A DNA stretch of 64,000 bases from Octopus vulgaris. Lineage: Eukaryota. This document shows positions 25,306-38,016 of this stretch, in pieces. Position numbers and translations under genes: made by a program. The stretch lies in contig OX597831.1 in the NCBI GenBank assembly GCA_951406725.2, positions 2,108,001-2,172,000 on the forward strand, in the 5' to 3' direction. The notes beneath the pieces were generated by a model. That model saw only the letters and a list, made by a program, of their open reading frames with translations, did not search any database and was not told the DNA's origin. Every line of letters begins with the position of its first letter. Within the stretch, counting starts at the first letter, position 1.

Positions 25306-27601
25306 TTCCACAAGGATGTAAACAAATCAACACTGGTTGTTAAGCAGTGGTGGGGGACAAGTACAAAGACAAACACACTTGCCCAAGGTGCCACACAGTG
25401 GAACTGAACCCAGAACCATGTGGTTGGGAGTTAAGCTTGTTACCACACAGCCATGCCTGAGGAAGTTTTGAATGCTATTTCCAACAGTTCTCTGGTTGGT
25501 TTGGGTTTAGGATAAAGTAGCAGCCATTGCAACAAACCTTTCAAATTGTAAACAAAACAACCATAATAGTTTATTTTCAATAGGTTGTTGATGTTTAAAC
25601 CTTAGTCAAGCCTGATCGAGCAAATCTTTGAACAAAGATACAGCAGCGATAACTATCCTGTCTTCTATTCAGGCATAGTGTATATCTAAGATTACATTCC
25701 ATGTCCTTCCTTTTTCTTAAGATAACAGGGTGTACATTGAGGGAGATTTGACAGCCATTTCTAACAGGATGAGTAACTATATAGGGGTTCCTTCATTGGC
25801 TCACATTTTTTATTTAGTGTATTTAATGATTTTAGAGGAAGAATATAGTTCAGTGGTTTTCAGCCACGGTCCATAGAAGTTTTTTTTTTTTTTGACTGTG
25901 TGTGTGTGTGTGAATTCTACACAAGCAAAATAGTACATTGGAGATCTACACTAGTATATTAAGAGTCTATGAAAGAATTTTGGTTTAGATGTATTTATTG
26001 CAAGAATTCTTTCACTAACATTCTACATAGTTCAATCTACACAAGTTAATACTCTTTACTCTCTGTCTTTTACTTGTTTCAGTAATTTGACTGTGGCCAT
26101 GCTGGAGCACCGCCTTTAGTCAAGCAAATCGCCCCCAGGACTTTTTCTTTGTAAGCCTAGTAGTTATTCTATCAGTCTCTTTTGCCGAACCACTAATTTA
26201 CAGGGACATAAACACAGACACACAAATATACACACACACACATACATACATATATACAATAGGCTTCTTTCAGTTTCCATCTACGAAATCCACTCACAAG
26301 GCTTTGGTCAGCCTGAGGCAATAGTAGAAGACACTTGCCCAAGGTGCCACGCAGTGGGACTGAACCCGAAACCATGTGGTTCGTAAGCCAGTTACTTACC
26401 ACACAGCCACTCATGATCTACAAAACCAGTTTTTAAATGCCAAATTGGCTAGAGTAAAATAGTAATCAAAAGGGGTCCATAGGTAAAAAATTAGTGTGAC
26501 TGTCATGTCAGCAGTTTCATTCATTTCCAATATTCTGTGAGAACATGTCTGGCCTTGAGGAAATATTAACTTGGAAACAGGCAAGGGTTGGTGACAGGAA
26601 GGGCATCCAACAGTATAAAATCTGCTGCAATAAACTTCACCCAGCCCATGCAAGCATGAGAAACTGGTCGTTAAAATGATAATGATGATGATGAATTAAC
26701 CCAGTATGTAACTGATACTTATTTTGATCAAAACAGGAGACAGAGACGAATTGAAACACCAGTCTGTGACTGTATATAAATAGTGTAGAAACTATTTGCT
26801 GGTATGCTGTGACAGTACATACATAAGATTAAATTCGGTGATGAATTACAATGTATGTGTTTTGCTTTGATACTTATTTTATCAAAACAGAAAGAGACTG
26901 ACAAAAATCTTATTTCTTTATTGCCCACAAGGGGCTAAACATAGAGAGGACAAACAAGGACAGACAAAGGGATTAAGTCGACCCCATTGCGTAACTAGTA
27001 CTTATTTAATTGACCCCGAAAGGATGAAAGGCAAAGTCGACCTCGGTGGAATTTGAACTCAGAACATAGCGGCAGACAAAATGCCACTAAGCATTTTGCC
27101 CTGCGTGCTAAAGTTTCTGCTTGCTCGCCGCCTTAACAGACAGACAAAAATCCACCGTGGAAACATCGGTGTTATACTATTTTTGCCATGCCACTATTTT
27201 GGAGAAGGAAAAAAAATAACAACATCAAAAACAATGATAATTTGTTTATTAGTCTCAAGGTCCTTGATGTATAGAAATAAATAACATTTTATTTTTTTTA
27301 AAATTAACAAATAAAAACTAACAAAATATCAACAACAAATTGCTACTGTTTTTCCATTACCATGACAACTGTCAAGATCTGAAATCATTGTTACAAAAAA
27401 CACACTAGTAGAACAGTCTAGAATGGTCTAGATCAATGAATGACAACCTTTCTCAGAAGGTGTTCACAAAATTTTGGAGTAAAATGTTATAGATCACCAA
27501 ACATAAATTTCTTTAATTAAACTGTGCAATAACAGCAGGACAAAACCCATTCTGGAACCATCAAAAAATTTGGTATGAACTACTAGTGTGGTTTACCTGG
27601 A

Positions 27602-28602
27602 CTTGCATTTAGTTATGTCCATTCTGAGTTACGTTTTGTGTGTCACTCACCGATTCTAGTCTTCCATCAGCCTGTGTTAGAAAGCAATGTTAGATTACAA
27701 TAAGTCAGAAGTGATCTTATGATGATTCTACTTCACAACTTTCAATAACAGGTTGTGGTCATATAACTTGACTTATCCTTGAACTGGAAAAAAATCATGA
27801 ATGTCTTACGATCTCTCTCAGTTTCCATTCTCTAACATCCTGAAACAAGTTGTGCTGTATAATGACTGTGTGTGAAACTTTCTGATTTTAAAATATTTTT
27901 AGAAAAACAAATGAGAGTGGAAAAGCTTAGTCAGCATCAGAATTACATCAAGCAAAACGCATTTTAAAAAACACTTTATAACCCTTAAACAGGCTGTTGG
28001 ATTACTACAGAATATTTCATCTCTGTGTAGTATGTTCAGCGATAAGTCAATGTACAGTACACTGTTCATCTCCATGTCTTTTGAATACTATCAGGTGCTG
28101 GTAATATTAGTGACTGAAAGTATTATAGTTCAACTAGGGACTGAACTTGCATCATTCACTTGCTAGGAAATTACAACCACTCTATGGTACTGGCACCAAA
28201 TACCATTACAAAGGCTAAATTGGCTCTATTCACCTACTAATCATAGCACTTTCTTTGAGAGAAAGGAGAGAGATAAAGCTTTTCCACTCTCATTTGTTTT
28301 TCTAAAAATATTTTAAAATCAGAAAGTTTCACACACAGTCATTATACAGCACAACTTGTTTCAGGATGTTAGAGAATGGAAACTGAGAGAGATCGTAAGA
28401 CATTCATGATTTTTTTCCAGTTCAAGGATAAGTCAAGTTATATGACCACAACCTGTTATTGAAAGTTGTGAAGTAGAATCATCATAAGATCACTTCTGAC
28501 TTATTGTAATCTAACATTGCTTTCTAACACAGGCTGATGGAAGACTAGAATCGGTGAGTGACACACAAAACGTAACTCAGAATGGACATAACTAAATGCA
28601 AG
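27602..28602. repeat. perfect 327-bp inverted repeat with 347-bp spacer
   Basis: 27602-27928 is the exact reverse complement of 28276-28602 by manual comparison. Confidence 0.93.
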
Positions 28603-30499
28603 GTATTTTATCTTGTTATCTACCAATTCTGCCATCCACCAAAATCTTCATTACTATAATAATAATAATAATCCTTTCTACTATAGGCAAAAAAACTGAA
28701 ATTTTTTTAGGGGGTGGGGTTTAGTCAATTACATCAACACCAGTGCACAACCAGTACTTTATTTCATCAACCCCAAAAGGATGAAGGACAAAGTTGACCT
28801 CAGTGGGATTTGAACTCAGAATATGAAGAGCTGGAAGAAATGCCATTCAGCATGTTGTCTGATGCACTAACAATTTTGCCAGCTTGCCACCTTAATAACA
28901 ACAACAATAATAATCTGGTTTTGAACAGAGAAATTACAAAACTCTGGAACATGAGTAAGTTATCCATTTAGAGGACAGGCTTTTATATAGTCCTTTAATC
29001 TGCTGGACATAACAGCAAAATCTTCCTCACTTTGCTATAATTAAAATGGAAACATCAAACTTTTAAGGGATCTTCTACAAAATCACTGAGTTAAATCAAT
29101 GTAACAATAAACTCCTTATACTCTTTCAAATGGGATGTCAAATAAGCAAACGAAGAAGCTTTCTAATTAGTCAAATCAGAACAATGCAGCATTTAAATAA
29201 CCCCCATCCACTAGGTCATACCCTTTAGTCTGTAAAATGAGGATCACTTCAGTCAATTGACTTGTGTTGTCAAAAGACTTGCTTGATATAACAGTCAAAT
29301 TTCTGTCAATAATCTCATTTTGAATATACATGGAGATCAAGGGAGCAAGCTGGCAGAATCATTACTGTGCTGGAAAAAGTGCTTTGTGATATTTCTTTTG
29401 ACTTAATGTTCCGAGTTCAAATTCTGCCAAGGTCAACTTTATCTCCCACCCTTTCAGGGTCAATAAAATAAGTACCAGTTGAACACTGGGGTCAATGTAA
29501 TCAACTTGCCCCCTCCCCCAAAAATTGCTGGTCTTCAACCAAAATTTGAAGCCAACATATTATGGAGATGATATATATTATATCTTAAATTAGCAAATAA
29601 AAGATACATGATTGCAAAGCTGATCAAATGTTCCATTCAATTAGCAATCTCCAAATGAATAAGCTGTTGTCTATCTCCAACTCAATAGGCCTGCTCAAAA
29701 AAAGCTGTCTGAAGCTAACCAATAAATAACAACAAAATCCAAACAATATATATCTACAATAAATCAGAAATAAATTTCAGAGGGGAGAAAAAAAAAAGAA
29801 CTATTTTCCTTTTCATTCTCCATTAAATATTAGCATATAAAAATAATTAGTTTGTTTTTAATTAGATTAGCATGCTGCACAAGCAATTTGGTTTAATTAT
29901 CCATACATTTGTACATGTGCATAGAATGCACATAACATCTGTGACATACAACAATAAAATGTAAATTAATTTAAATTAACAAAAGTTACAGCAGAAATTA
30001 CACATTAGCAAACAGGGTTGGACAAAATGTAGAGGTGGTGGTAGAGTGATGGAAAGATTGATCACAATGCAAGATATTCTAGTAGAATACTCTACATTAT
30101 ATAACTTGATCCCCTTGGTTCTGTGAGAGAAATTTGCCCAGGCCATCTGTAACATTGACCCCTGGAGAGTGAAAGAAAGAGTTGACCTGGGCACAGGTAC
30201 AACTAATATATTGGCCTGTGCAGAAACACCCGCATTATATATTGGTTTCAAATTTTGGCACAAGACCAGGAATTTTGGGGCGAGGGGTAAGTTAATTATA
30301 CTGAGCCCAGTGCTTAACTGGTACTTGTTTTATCAACCTTGGAAGGATGAAAGGGAAAGTTGACTTTGGCAGAATTTGAACCCAGAACGTAAAGATGGAT
30401 GAAATGCTGCTAAGCATTTTGCCTGGCATGCCAACAATTCTGCCAGCTCACCACCTTAGGAACACTTGTAATATATTAGTATCAGTTTCAGTCACATGT

Positions 30500-30875
30500 G
30501 CTACAATAACTCTGAGCACCTTTTCAAACTCCACCTGTCTAACACCCGTGGACATGTTTGCAAAGTCAGCAAATAGCACAGCTCCCATGACTTCAGGAAA
30601 CATTTTTTCAAGCTAAGAGTTGCTGAAGCATGGAACAAACTGCCGGCATCAGTTGTTAGTTGTCGGAGCACTGCATCCTTCAAAACTTCCATGCTTCCTG
30701 AGATTCACCAACACTACACCTGATTTTCTCCCCTCCATACACATGCAAGCATGTATCTGACTCTTGCATTGTTCGCTTTCCAGACATTTGTACATTACTG
30801 CATACGCTTTATTACACACTTTTGACAAGTTGTGGTGCACCTGAGCACTGTATACAATAATTTCATTATATTATA
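30500..30875 (+). mobile_element. CR1-clade LINE 3' end
   Basis: NTRGH...FRKHFFKLRVAEAWNKLPASVV motif; related fragments at 23480-23745, 24075-24275, 40930-41050(-). Confidence 0.8.
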
Positions 30876-32116
30876 TATAAAAACGAACTTTGTGCATAAT
30901 GAAAAAGACAATATTATTATTTCTATTAATAGAAGAAATCATGATTATTAGGGCAATGAATAACCAGAATTGTTGGTGTTGGATAAACTGCCTTGCTGTG
31001 TTTAATCATGGCTTTTTACAATTCCAATTTCAAATCCTGCTCAGATCAACTGCCTCTTCCAAGCTCAATAAAATAAAGAACCAGCCAAGTACTGAGGTTG
31101 ATATTATTGACTAACCCTCTCCTACCAAATTTCTGGAGTGAAATTTGAAAAGTGAAATCTAGCTATAAAAATATAGTTTAATCAAAACATGGTAAAGATA
31201 AATGGAGATGAATAAGAAAAGTTCCTCAGTAGCTGCCACAGAAGAAAGAGAAATAAATTTCTTTATAAAAATTATCAAAAACTACTAAGAAGAGTAAAGA
31301 AATTGGAAGGAAGTGGGATCAAAATCTATTTGTCCATTTGAAATATCAAGGTAAACCTTTATAGATATGACTGTGTGGACATAGTCCATTTAATACAGTA
31401 CTATAAATGACAGGAGCATTATATATATATATATATATAGTTAATCCAAACATGAAAGCACAAAAAAACACAACAACGCGAGGACATGGAACAAATATAG
31501 TATTATTGGACGCTCAGGAAAGAAGGAGGGTTTAACGTTTTGAGCGGAGCTCTTTGTCGGAAACATAGGAGAAGGGAAGACAGAGGAAAAAAAAAATCAC
31601 CAACGGTACACATCATCATCATCATTTAGCGTCCGCTTTCCATGCTAGCATGGGTTGGACGGTTCAACTGGGGTCTGTGAAGGCTGCACCAGGCCCAGTC
31701 TGATCTGGCAGTGTTTCTACGGCTGGATGCCCTTCCTAACGCCAACCACTCCGTGAGTGTAGTGGGTGCTTTTTACGTGCCATATGACCATTGTTGTTTA
31801 GTCCCCGCTCAGCCTTCGTCAAGCAGATCTATGATCAAAGACATTTTAGCCCTAACTAACTTGTCATTTTAGGGATATGTAAGATCACATTATTTCATAT
31901 GTTTATTACTTTACCCCCCAAAACAGAATGTGATTTGAGAGATTTGCTTGCTATTTTTAGCACACAGAGTGACCACGAAGAAGTTTGTTTGTTGGCTTGA
32001 GCAACAGCAGTGCATACATGAGGTAATAACTAAAGTACTGTAGATATACAATTATATCACAATTACATATGATGGTATTATATACATAAATATATATATA
32101 TAAACATATACACACA

Positions 32117-32350
32117 CAGGGTGTTCAAAAAGTCTCTCTGCAGTGAATTTTTTTCCTCCTGTGCCTCACCATGGCGCTACTTCAAGAGTTTTTCGGTCAA
32201 CGGATTATTTCTAAAGGACTTTGGTCACCAAGACCACCTGATTTAACACCGCCAGACATTTTTTTCTGGGGAGCAAGTAAAGGATCAGTGTACAAGAATC
32301 GCCCAAAGACCTTTACATACTTACTGCAGAGAGACTCTTTGAACACCCTG
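32117..32350 (+). mobile_element. Tc1/mariner non-autonomous element
   Basis: ~28-bp TIRs cagggtgttcaaaaagtctctctgcagt / actgcagagagactctttgaacaccctg; internal WSPRPPDLTPPDIFFWG (WPPxSPDL motif). Confidence 0.85.
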
Positions 32351-32366
32351 TATATAAATATATATA

Positions 32367-32815
32367 TCTTCTGGGTGGTCTTTTCCGCTCGCGCAGGTAC
32401 CACTGGACAACTGCACGGGTCCACCGATTGTCGGTGAGCCGGGCGACATGTCCAGTCCATCTATACTTGCTGTGTGTATATTCTGCGATGACATCTCTCA
32501 CGCCAGACTTCTTTCTGATGATCTTGCTACTTATGTGCTCTCTCAGCGAGATACCAAGCATTGACCTTTCCATGGCTCTTTGAGCTGTTACCAGTCTTTG
32601 CACTTCTCTCTTTGTGGTAGCCCATGTTTCACTACCATATAACATTGCAGGCAGAACTGCAGACCACCCGGAAGACCTCCACGACGGTGGAGTTACGATT
32701 TCAGGAGGACGATTGGGATCACATGGATGAGAAAGGTGTGATCCAGAGAGGAGTGGACAGCGTGCTGTGACCAGCGCTGTCAAATGGACGCCTGACAGAC
32801 TGGTCGGTCAAGGTG
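32367..32815. mobile_element. 5'-inverted RTE LINE insertion
   Basis: Minus piece 32367-32660 (LPAMLYGSETW...WTGHVAR...RKRPP) continued by plus piece 32661-32815 (RPPGRPPRRW...). Confidence 0.8.
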
Positions 32816-33749
32816 ATATATATATATATATATATATAGATGGATATATAAAATGGTGTAGTTTGGGTGCCAGTCTTATGATCATTTAGCTATGAGCTCA
32901 GTTCTCAGACTGGACAGAGAAATGTGTCCTTGAGCAAGTCATTTCATTTCACATTGCTTCAATCCACTGAGATAAAAACAAGTACCCGTAATAGCTGGAT
33001 TAATCCCATGATGGACTTCATTCATATTTAGGGAGGAGTCCAGTACTCTTCCTCACTTAAATGCCAATGGTAACTGGGCTAAGCTCCAGCTTAATGGGGC
33101 TGTAGGCTTGAGAGAGAAAGATTTTGTTCATATATATATATAGGTACAGGCATGGCTGTGTGGTAAGAAGTTTGCTTCCCAACCACATGGTTTCGGGTTC
33201 AGTCCCACTGCGTGGCACCTTGGGTGTCTTCCACTATAGTCTTCATCATCGTTTAACGTCCGTTTTCCATGCTAGCATGGGTTGGACGGTTCGACCGGGG
33301 TCTGGGAAGCCAGGAGGCTGCGCCAGGCTCCAGTTTGATCTGGCAGTGTTTCTACAGCTGGATGCCCTTCCTAACGCCAACCACTCCGTGAGTGTAGTGG
33401 GTGCTTTTTACGTGCCACCGGACCAATCAAATCCTTGTGAGTGGATCTGGTAGACAGAAACTAAAAGAAGTTAGTTGTATATATATATATCTGTGTGTGT
33501 GTGTCCACCACTACTTGACAACCAGTGTTGGTACATTTACATCCCTATAACTTAGCAGTACAGCAAAAGTCACGGATAGAATAAACATAGGTTTAAAAAG
33601 AAAATAAGTACTGGAGTCAATTAGTTTGACTAAAATTCCTCAAGGCTAAAGTCTAATGACTGAAACAAGTAAAAGCTAAACGATACATATATGTATGTAT
33701 GTGTGTGTGTATGTAATGTATGTATATATCTGCATGTGTGAATATATAT

Positions 33750-33785
<36 letters not shown>

Positions 33786-34606
33786 TAAAAGCAGCACGGA
33801 TTTTTGTCAGTGAACAGGTCGTGGTCTTAAAGCGACGAAAATATTTTGACAAATTAAACTTAAATGTTGAAGTGAATCAAACGGCTTTTGTGTGTTTCTT
33901 AAATGGCTTATAAACACCTTCCACGCTGCAATTGTTTTCGTTTCAGCACATGATCTCAGATCAAATCACTTGCTATGCAAGTACATCCCCTATATATATA
34001 TAGTGTTATCTTATAAAAAAAAAAAGAGGTAAAGCAGTGTAAATATGGTTAAACATAGATGAGAGGCTTCCAAACAGTGTGTCAAAACAATTTACTTCAT
34101 CACCAATAATCTCCAGGAATAATGTGCAGTTGTTAAATCAGAGGAATTTTTAGAACGTTTCACTTTAACACATGCTTTTTGCCCATTGTCATGGGCTGGA
34201 TGTGACTTCTTGAAGAATCATTCTACAGTTTGATGCTCTTCCTGATACCAACTCTGACTTGTTTACAAGTAAGATATTTTAGGCCACATCTTTGTGTGCC
34301 AGAGCACCAAGCTATGAGGCATAAAGAACATTACTGTTGCCCAAAGCAGTGTCAATGTGAAGACACACACACACACACACACACAGACTTTCATACAGTT
34401 TCTTTCTGTCAAATTTCACTTACAGGGCAATGGTCAGCCTGAAGTAAAAGTAGAAGACACTTGGCAAATGTGCCATGTAGTGGATTCAAAACCAGAACCA
34501 TATGATTGCAAAGCACACTCCTTAACCACTCAACCATGCCTGCACCTGTATATTTAATGGCAGTGTATATATGTTATGTATAGATATGGCAGTGTGTGTT
34601 TGTGCT

Positions 34607-34654
<48 letters not shown>

Positions 34655-34836
34655 CAGCACTAGTGTTGTAAATATTATCAACCATACATATGCAATACAT
34701 GTGCTTGTTGACTGCTTCGGGGATGATTCCCTCATAGCACTGGGTGATTTAACCAGTGAACAAACAAAACACATACATTGAGCATGTGTGGTCAATAATA
34801 ATAATAATAATAATAATATATATAGATGTAAAGACA

Positions 34837-35189
34837 AATTAGATATAGAGATATTCAATTGACAATCCAATAATTTACTTATATTACAATATGATGATGA
34901 TGATGATGATTACATTAAATACTATGAATATAATATATAGCATAACATAATATTATATAACATAAATAATTATAAAAACCATAAAAGGTCAACAAATTGT
35001 TTTGACTTATATATATATTTTTTGATATACATAATCTGTACCATTATATATAAAGTGACTTATGGTTTTTATAATTATTTATGTTATATAATATTATGTT
35101 ATGTTATCTATTATATTCACAGTATTTCATGTAATATTGTAATATAAATAAATTATTGGATTGTCAATTGAATATCTCTATATCTAATT
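34837..35189. repeat. AT-rich imperfect inverted repeat (~140-bp arms)
   Basis: aattagatatagagatattcaattgacaatcc... mirrored by ...ggattgtcaattgaatatctctatatctaatt. Confidence 0.8.
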
Positions 35190-37791
35190 AATTTATCTTT
35201 ATAATTGAATTATACCAATATTCATGTGGTATCCAACTGAAGTACCAGTGAATTGGATGTTTAACAGACCCCTTTGAAGGATTTCTTTTCCCCAGTTTGT
35301 TACTATATATATAGTAATGCGATGATAAATACACCACTTTAAACATACCTCCCTCTCTATAGAAATTGGATAGACTTGTGATTTTACATGATCATGCTTA
35401 ATATTTTCAAACAGAGAACTTTTAGTAGATTCTACCAAACACCTATTTTGGTTTCATCTTCAACAAAATATCTCAGCTTGAAGAATCTCTTTTTTTTGTG
35501 TTTTTATTTTAAATATTTTTTTATAATCTGTCCCCCTTTTCATGTTTATTCATTGATAGAATTTACAGGTAAAATAAGTTATATGTACAAGCCATTATTA
35601 AATACATCCACTTCTAACAGACATTTACATCTAAATTTGCCTTTTCTTTTTACTGTTAATTTTGACACACACACACTATCACTGTATTTCCTACAACCAT
35701 TTTAACACATTAGCAGCAGAAATTATATACAGAATTATTAAAGACATATAAAATAGATTTGTTTTTGTACTTGTTTGACATTAAATGTTAAAGCTAAATT
35801 ACATTGTGGAAAAGTGATGACAAACAATAAAAAAAAACTTTAAAATTGTTACAATCAACAATTTCACTTGATTCTCTTTATAGAAATTGTGTACTATAAA
35901 GAGTAAAAATATTTTATCATACACCTGCATCTTGGTCATTGATAAAATTTCTTATCTCAGAGTCAATGATCAGGTCTCTGAAGAGTGATGACAATCCATC
36001 ACTTTATAACACACAAGATTGTATGCACCTTTGCACATGCGTGTGTGTGTGTGTGTTTGAGTGCTTAATGGATAACATGACTCGCTTCCTAATGTAAAAC
36101 ACAATAAACTTTGCTGTTCAGAGATTGGTGTTAAAAATCCACGGAACACATTTGTCCTAAGACTATGTATAGTAATTCTATGGAAGAGCCCTTTAAAAGT
36201 CTAAGAAATACATTTGTCAGAAAAAAGACTTCACCCATAAAATTGCAACATACAATAAAACGGTAAAATCTAAGGAAGTTCATGATGGTAAATGTTGGCA
36301 AAAATTAAGTACAAAAGGTTGACAAAGTGGAACAAGTTAGTGATGTGAAGGAAGAAGGGAAATAGGATATTTTGAGTAAAGTCTTTTGGAGGAAGAATGT
36401 AGTAATATGTTTGCTGAAAAGGAGCAGACTAAGAATTGGCTGCTGTTGTTATTGCAATAAAGTGTAGCACCGTAGTCTTGTAGTTTCAGCAAATGATGGG
36501 GGAATAATAGTAGCAGTGAGTTAGGGAGTTGGTTAATAGAGTGAGGCATTAGTTAAGGGAGAGAAGAATTGAGTGGGTTTTGTGGTATTGCTTAAATTTA
36601 TATGTACAATAAAATGCTGTAATAACTAAAATAGGGATTGTAAGGTCACTCCATAAACTGAGAGATTCTAAATAGGTTGAAGAGTGGCGGATCAACAAGA
36701 AGAAAAAAAAGGGATCCTAGCAGCTAAGATTGTGTCTAGAGTAAAATTATTAGTGCTGTTGCCCAAAGCAGCGTCAATGTGAAGACACACATACAGCAGA
36801 CTTCCATATAGTTTCTTTCTGTCAAATTTCACTTACAGGGCAATGGTCAACCTGAAGTGAAAGTAGAAGAGGCAGAAAGAAGTTGCCTGACAAGTTGAAA
36901 TGTCAAACTATGGATCTGGAGAGTGCTTGGGAGTTGTCTACAGAAGCCAATCACCCTCTCACAGCTAACTTATTCCACTTATATGTTGTAGACTATGAAA
37001 GAATTAAGCTATTGGGAACATGATATGCTTTGAAGAAAGTTAGGCTTGACATAGTCCACAGCATGGCTGTGGACTATGAAAGGATTAACACATTGACCGT
37101 AGCATCTATAACTGAAGCAGTTCTATGCAGGGGATTTAATGCCAACAGAATTTGTGAGCTCTGGAAAGGTTAACTCACTGATGATTAGATATTTTACATT
37201 AAAAAAGTTATTTTACATTTAAAATAGTACGGCAGTAGGATTACTAACAGAAGCAATAGTAGCAATTAGACACAGTGCAATCAGCTGCTGTGAACTTTGA
37301 AAGACGTAATTTCTGACTACAGAGTTTACAGTGCTGACAGCATTTATGAAAGAAGATAAAAGGTTAAGACACTGACAACAAAGTTATAGCCAGAAGAGTT
37401 AATAAATGTAGCAGCATGATCGCATAGTACCACCAGGTCCAGCAGCAACAGACTGTGTGGAATGGTTAAAAACAAATATATATATATATATAGATGTCAA
37501 GTGCTGCTAGGAAAATTGAATTCTAACATTTTGAGTAGGATCTTGATCAAGACTTCATCAAAGAAGAAACCAAGAAAAGTTTGCTGGATGGCCTTTTGTT
37601 TTCAAGTTTAAAAAAAAGCCTGATCTGAAACAAACATTAGAATGCACTTTACTTGACAGCACACAGACTTATTCTATTTGTGAACTTTACCAACAGATTT
37701 TTCTCAAAACATTATAATCATAAGTTTTCTTAGACTCAATCATTTTCTTTGGTTAGATCTTTCAGAAATGCCAACCAGTCTTCATAGTCCC

Positions 37792-38016
37792 CTATGAGTT
37801 GTTTTTCTGATCATGACTTTTGATCAATTCCTCATAATCGTCTTGATTCATGGACTGACGGAGCCACATGGACAAATACATAGAGTTCGGTTGGTTTAAT
37901 AGGTGTTGGTGTGTGCCCCTTTCAATGATGGTCCCTTTGTCCAACACTAAAATCTCATCCGCATCAGTTACAGTGGAGAGGCGGTGAGCAATAACAATTG
38001 TTGTACGCAAGATATG
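37792..38016 (-). CDS. ABCB7: ABCB7 terminal exon (H-loop to stop); 5' boundary anomalous
   Basis: [48 protein letters not shown]...*; homology is clear from 38007 downward, 5' splice boundary uncertain. Confidence 0.8.
   Translation of the reverse strand, partial: HILRTTIVIAHRLSTVTDADEILVLDKGTIIERGTHQHLLNQPNSMYLSMWLRQSMNQDDYEELIKSHDQKNNS

Noticed and set aside
37051-37077. Perfect 12-bp hairpin in the presumed ABCB7 3' UTR (IRE-like?)
   Set aside because: No CAGUGN loop or C bulge; flanking ctatgaaaggattaa suggests a MITE remnant
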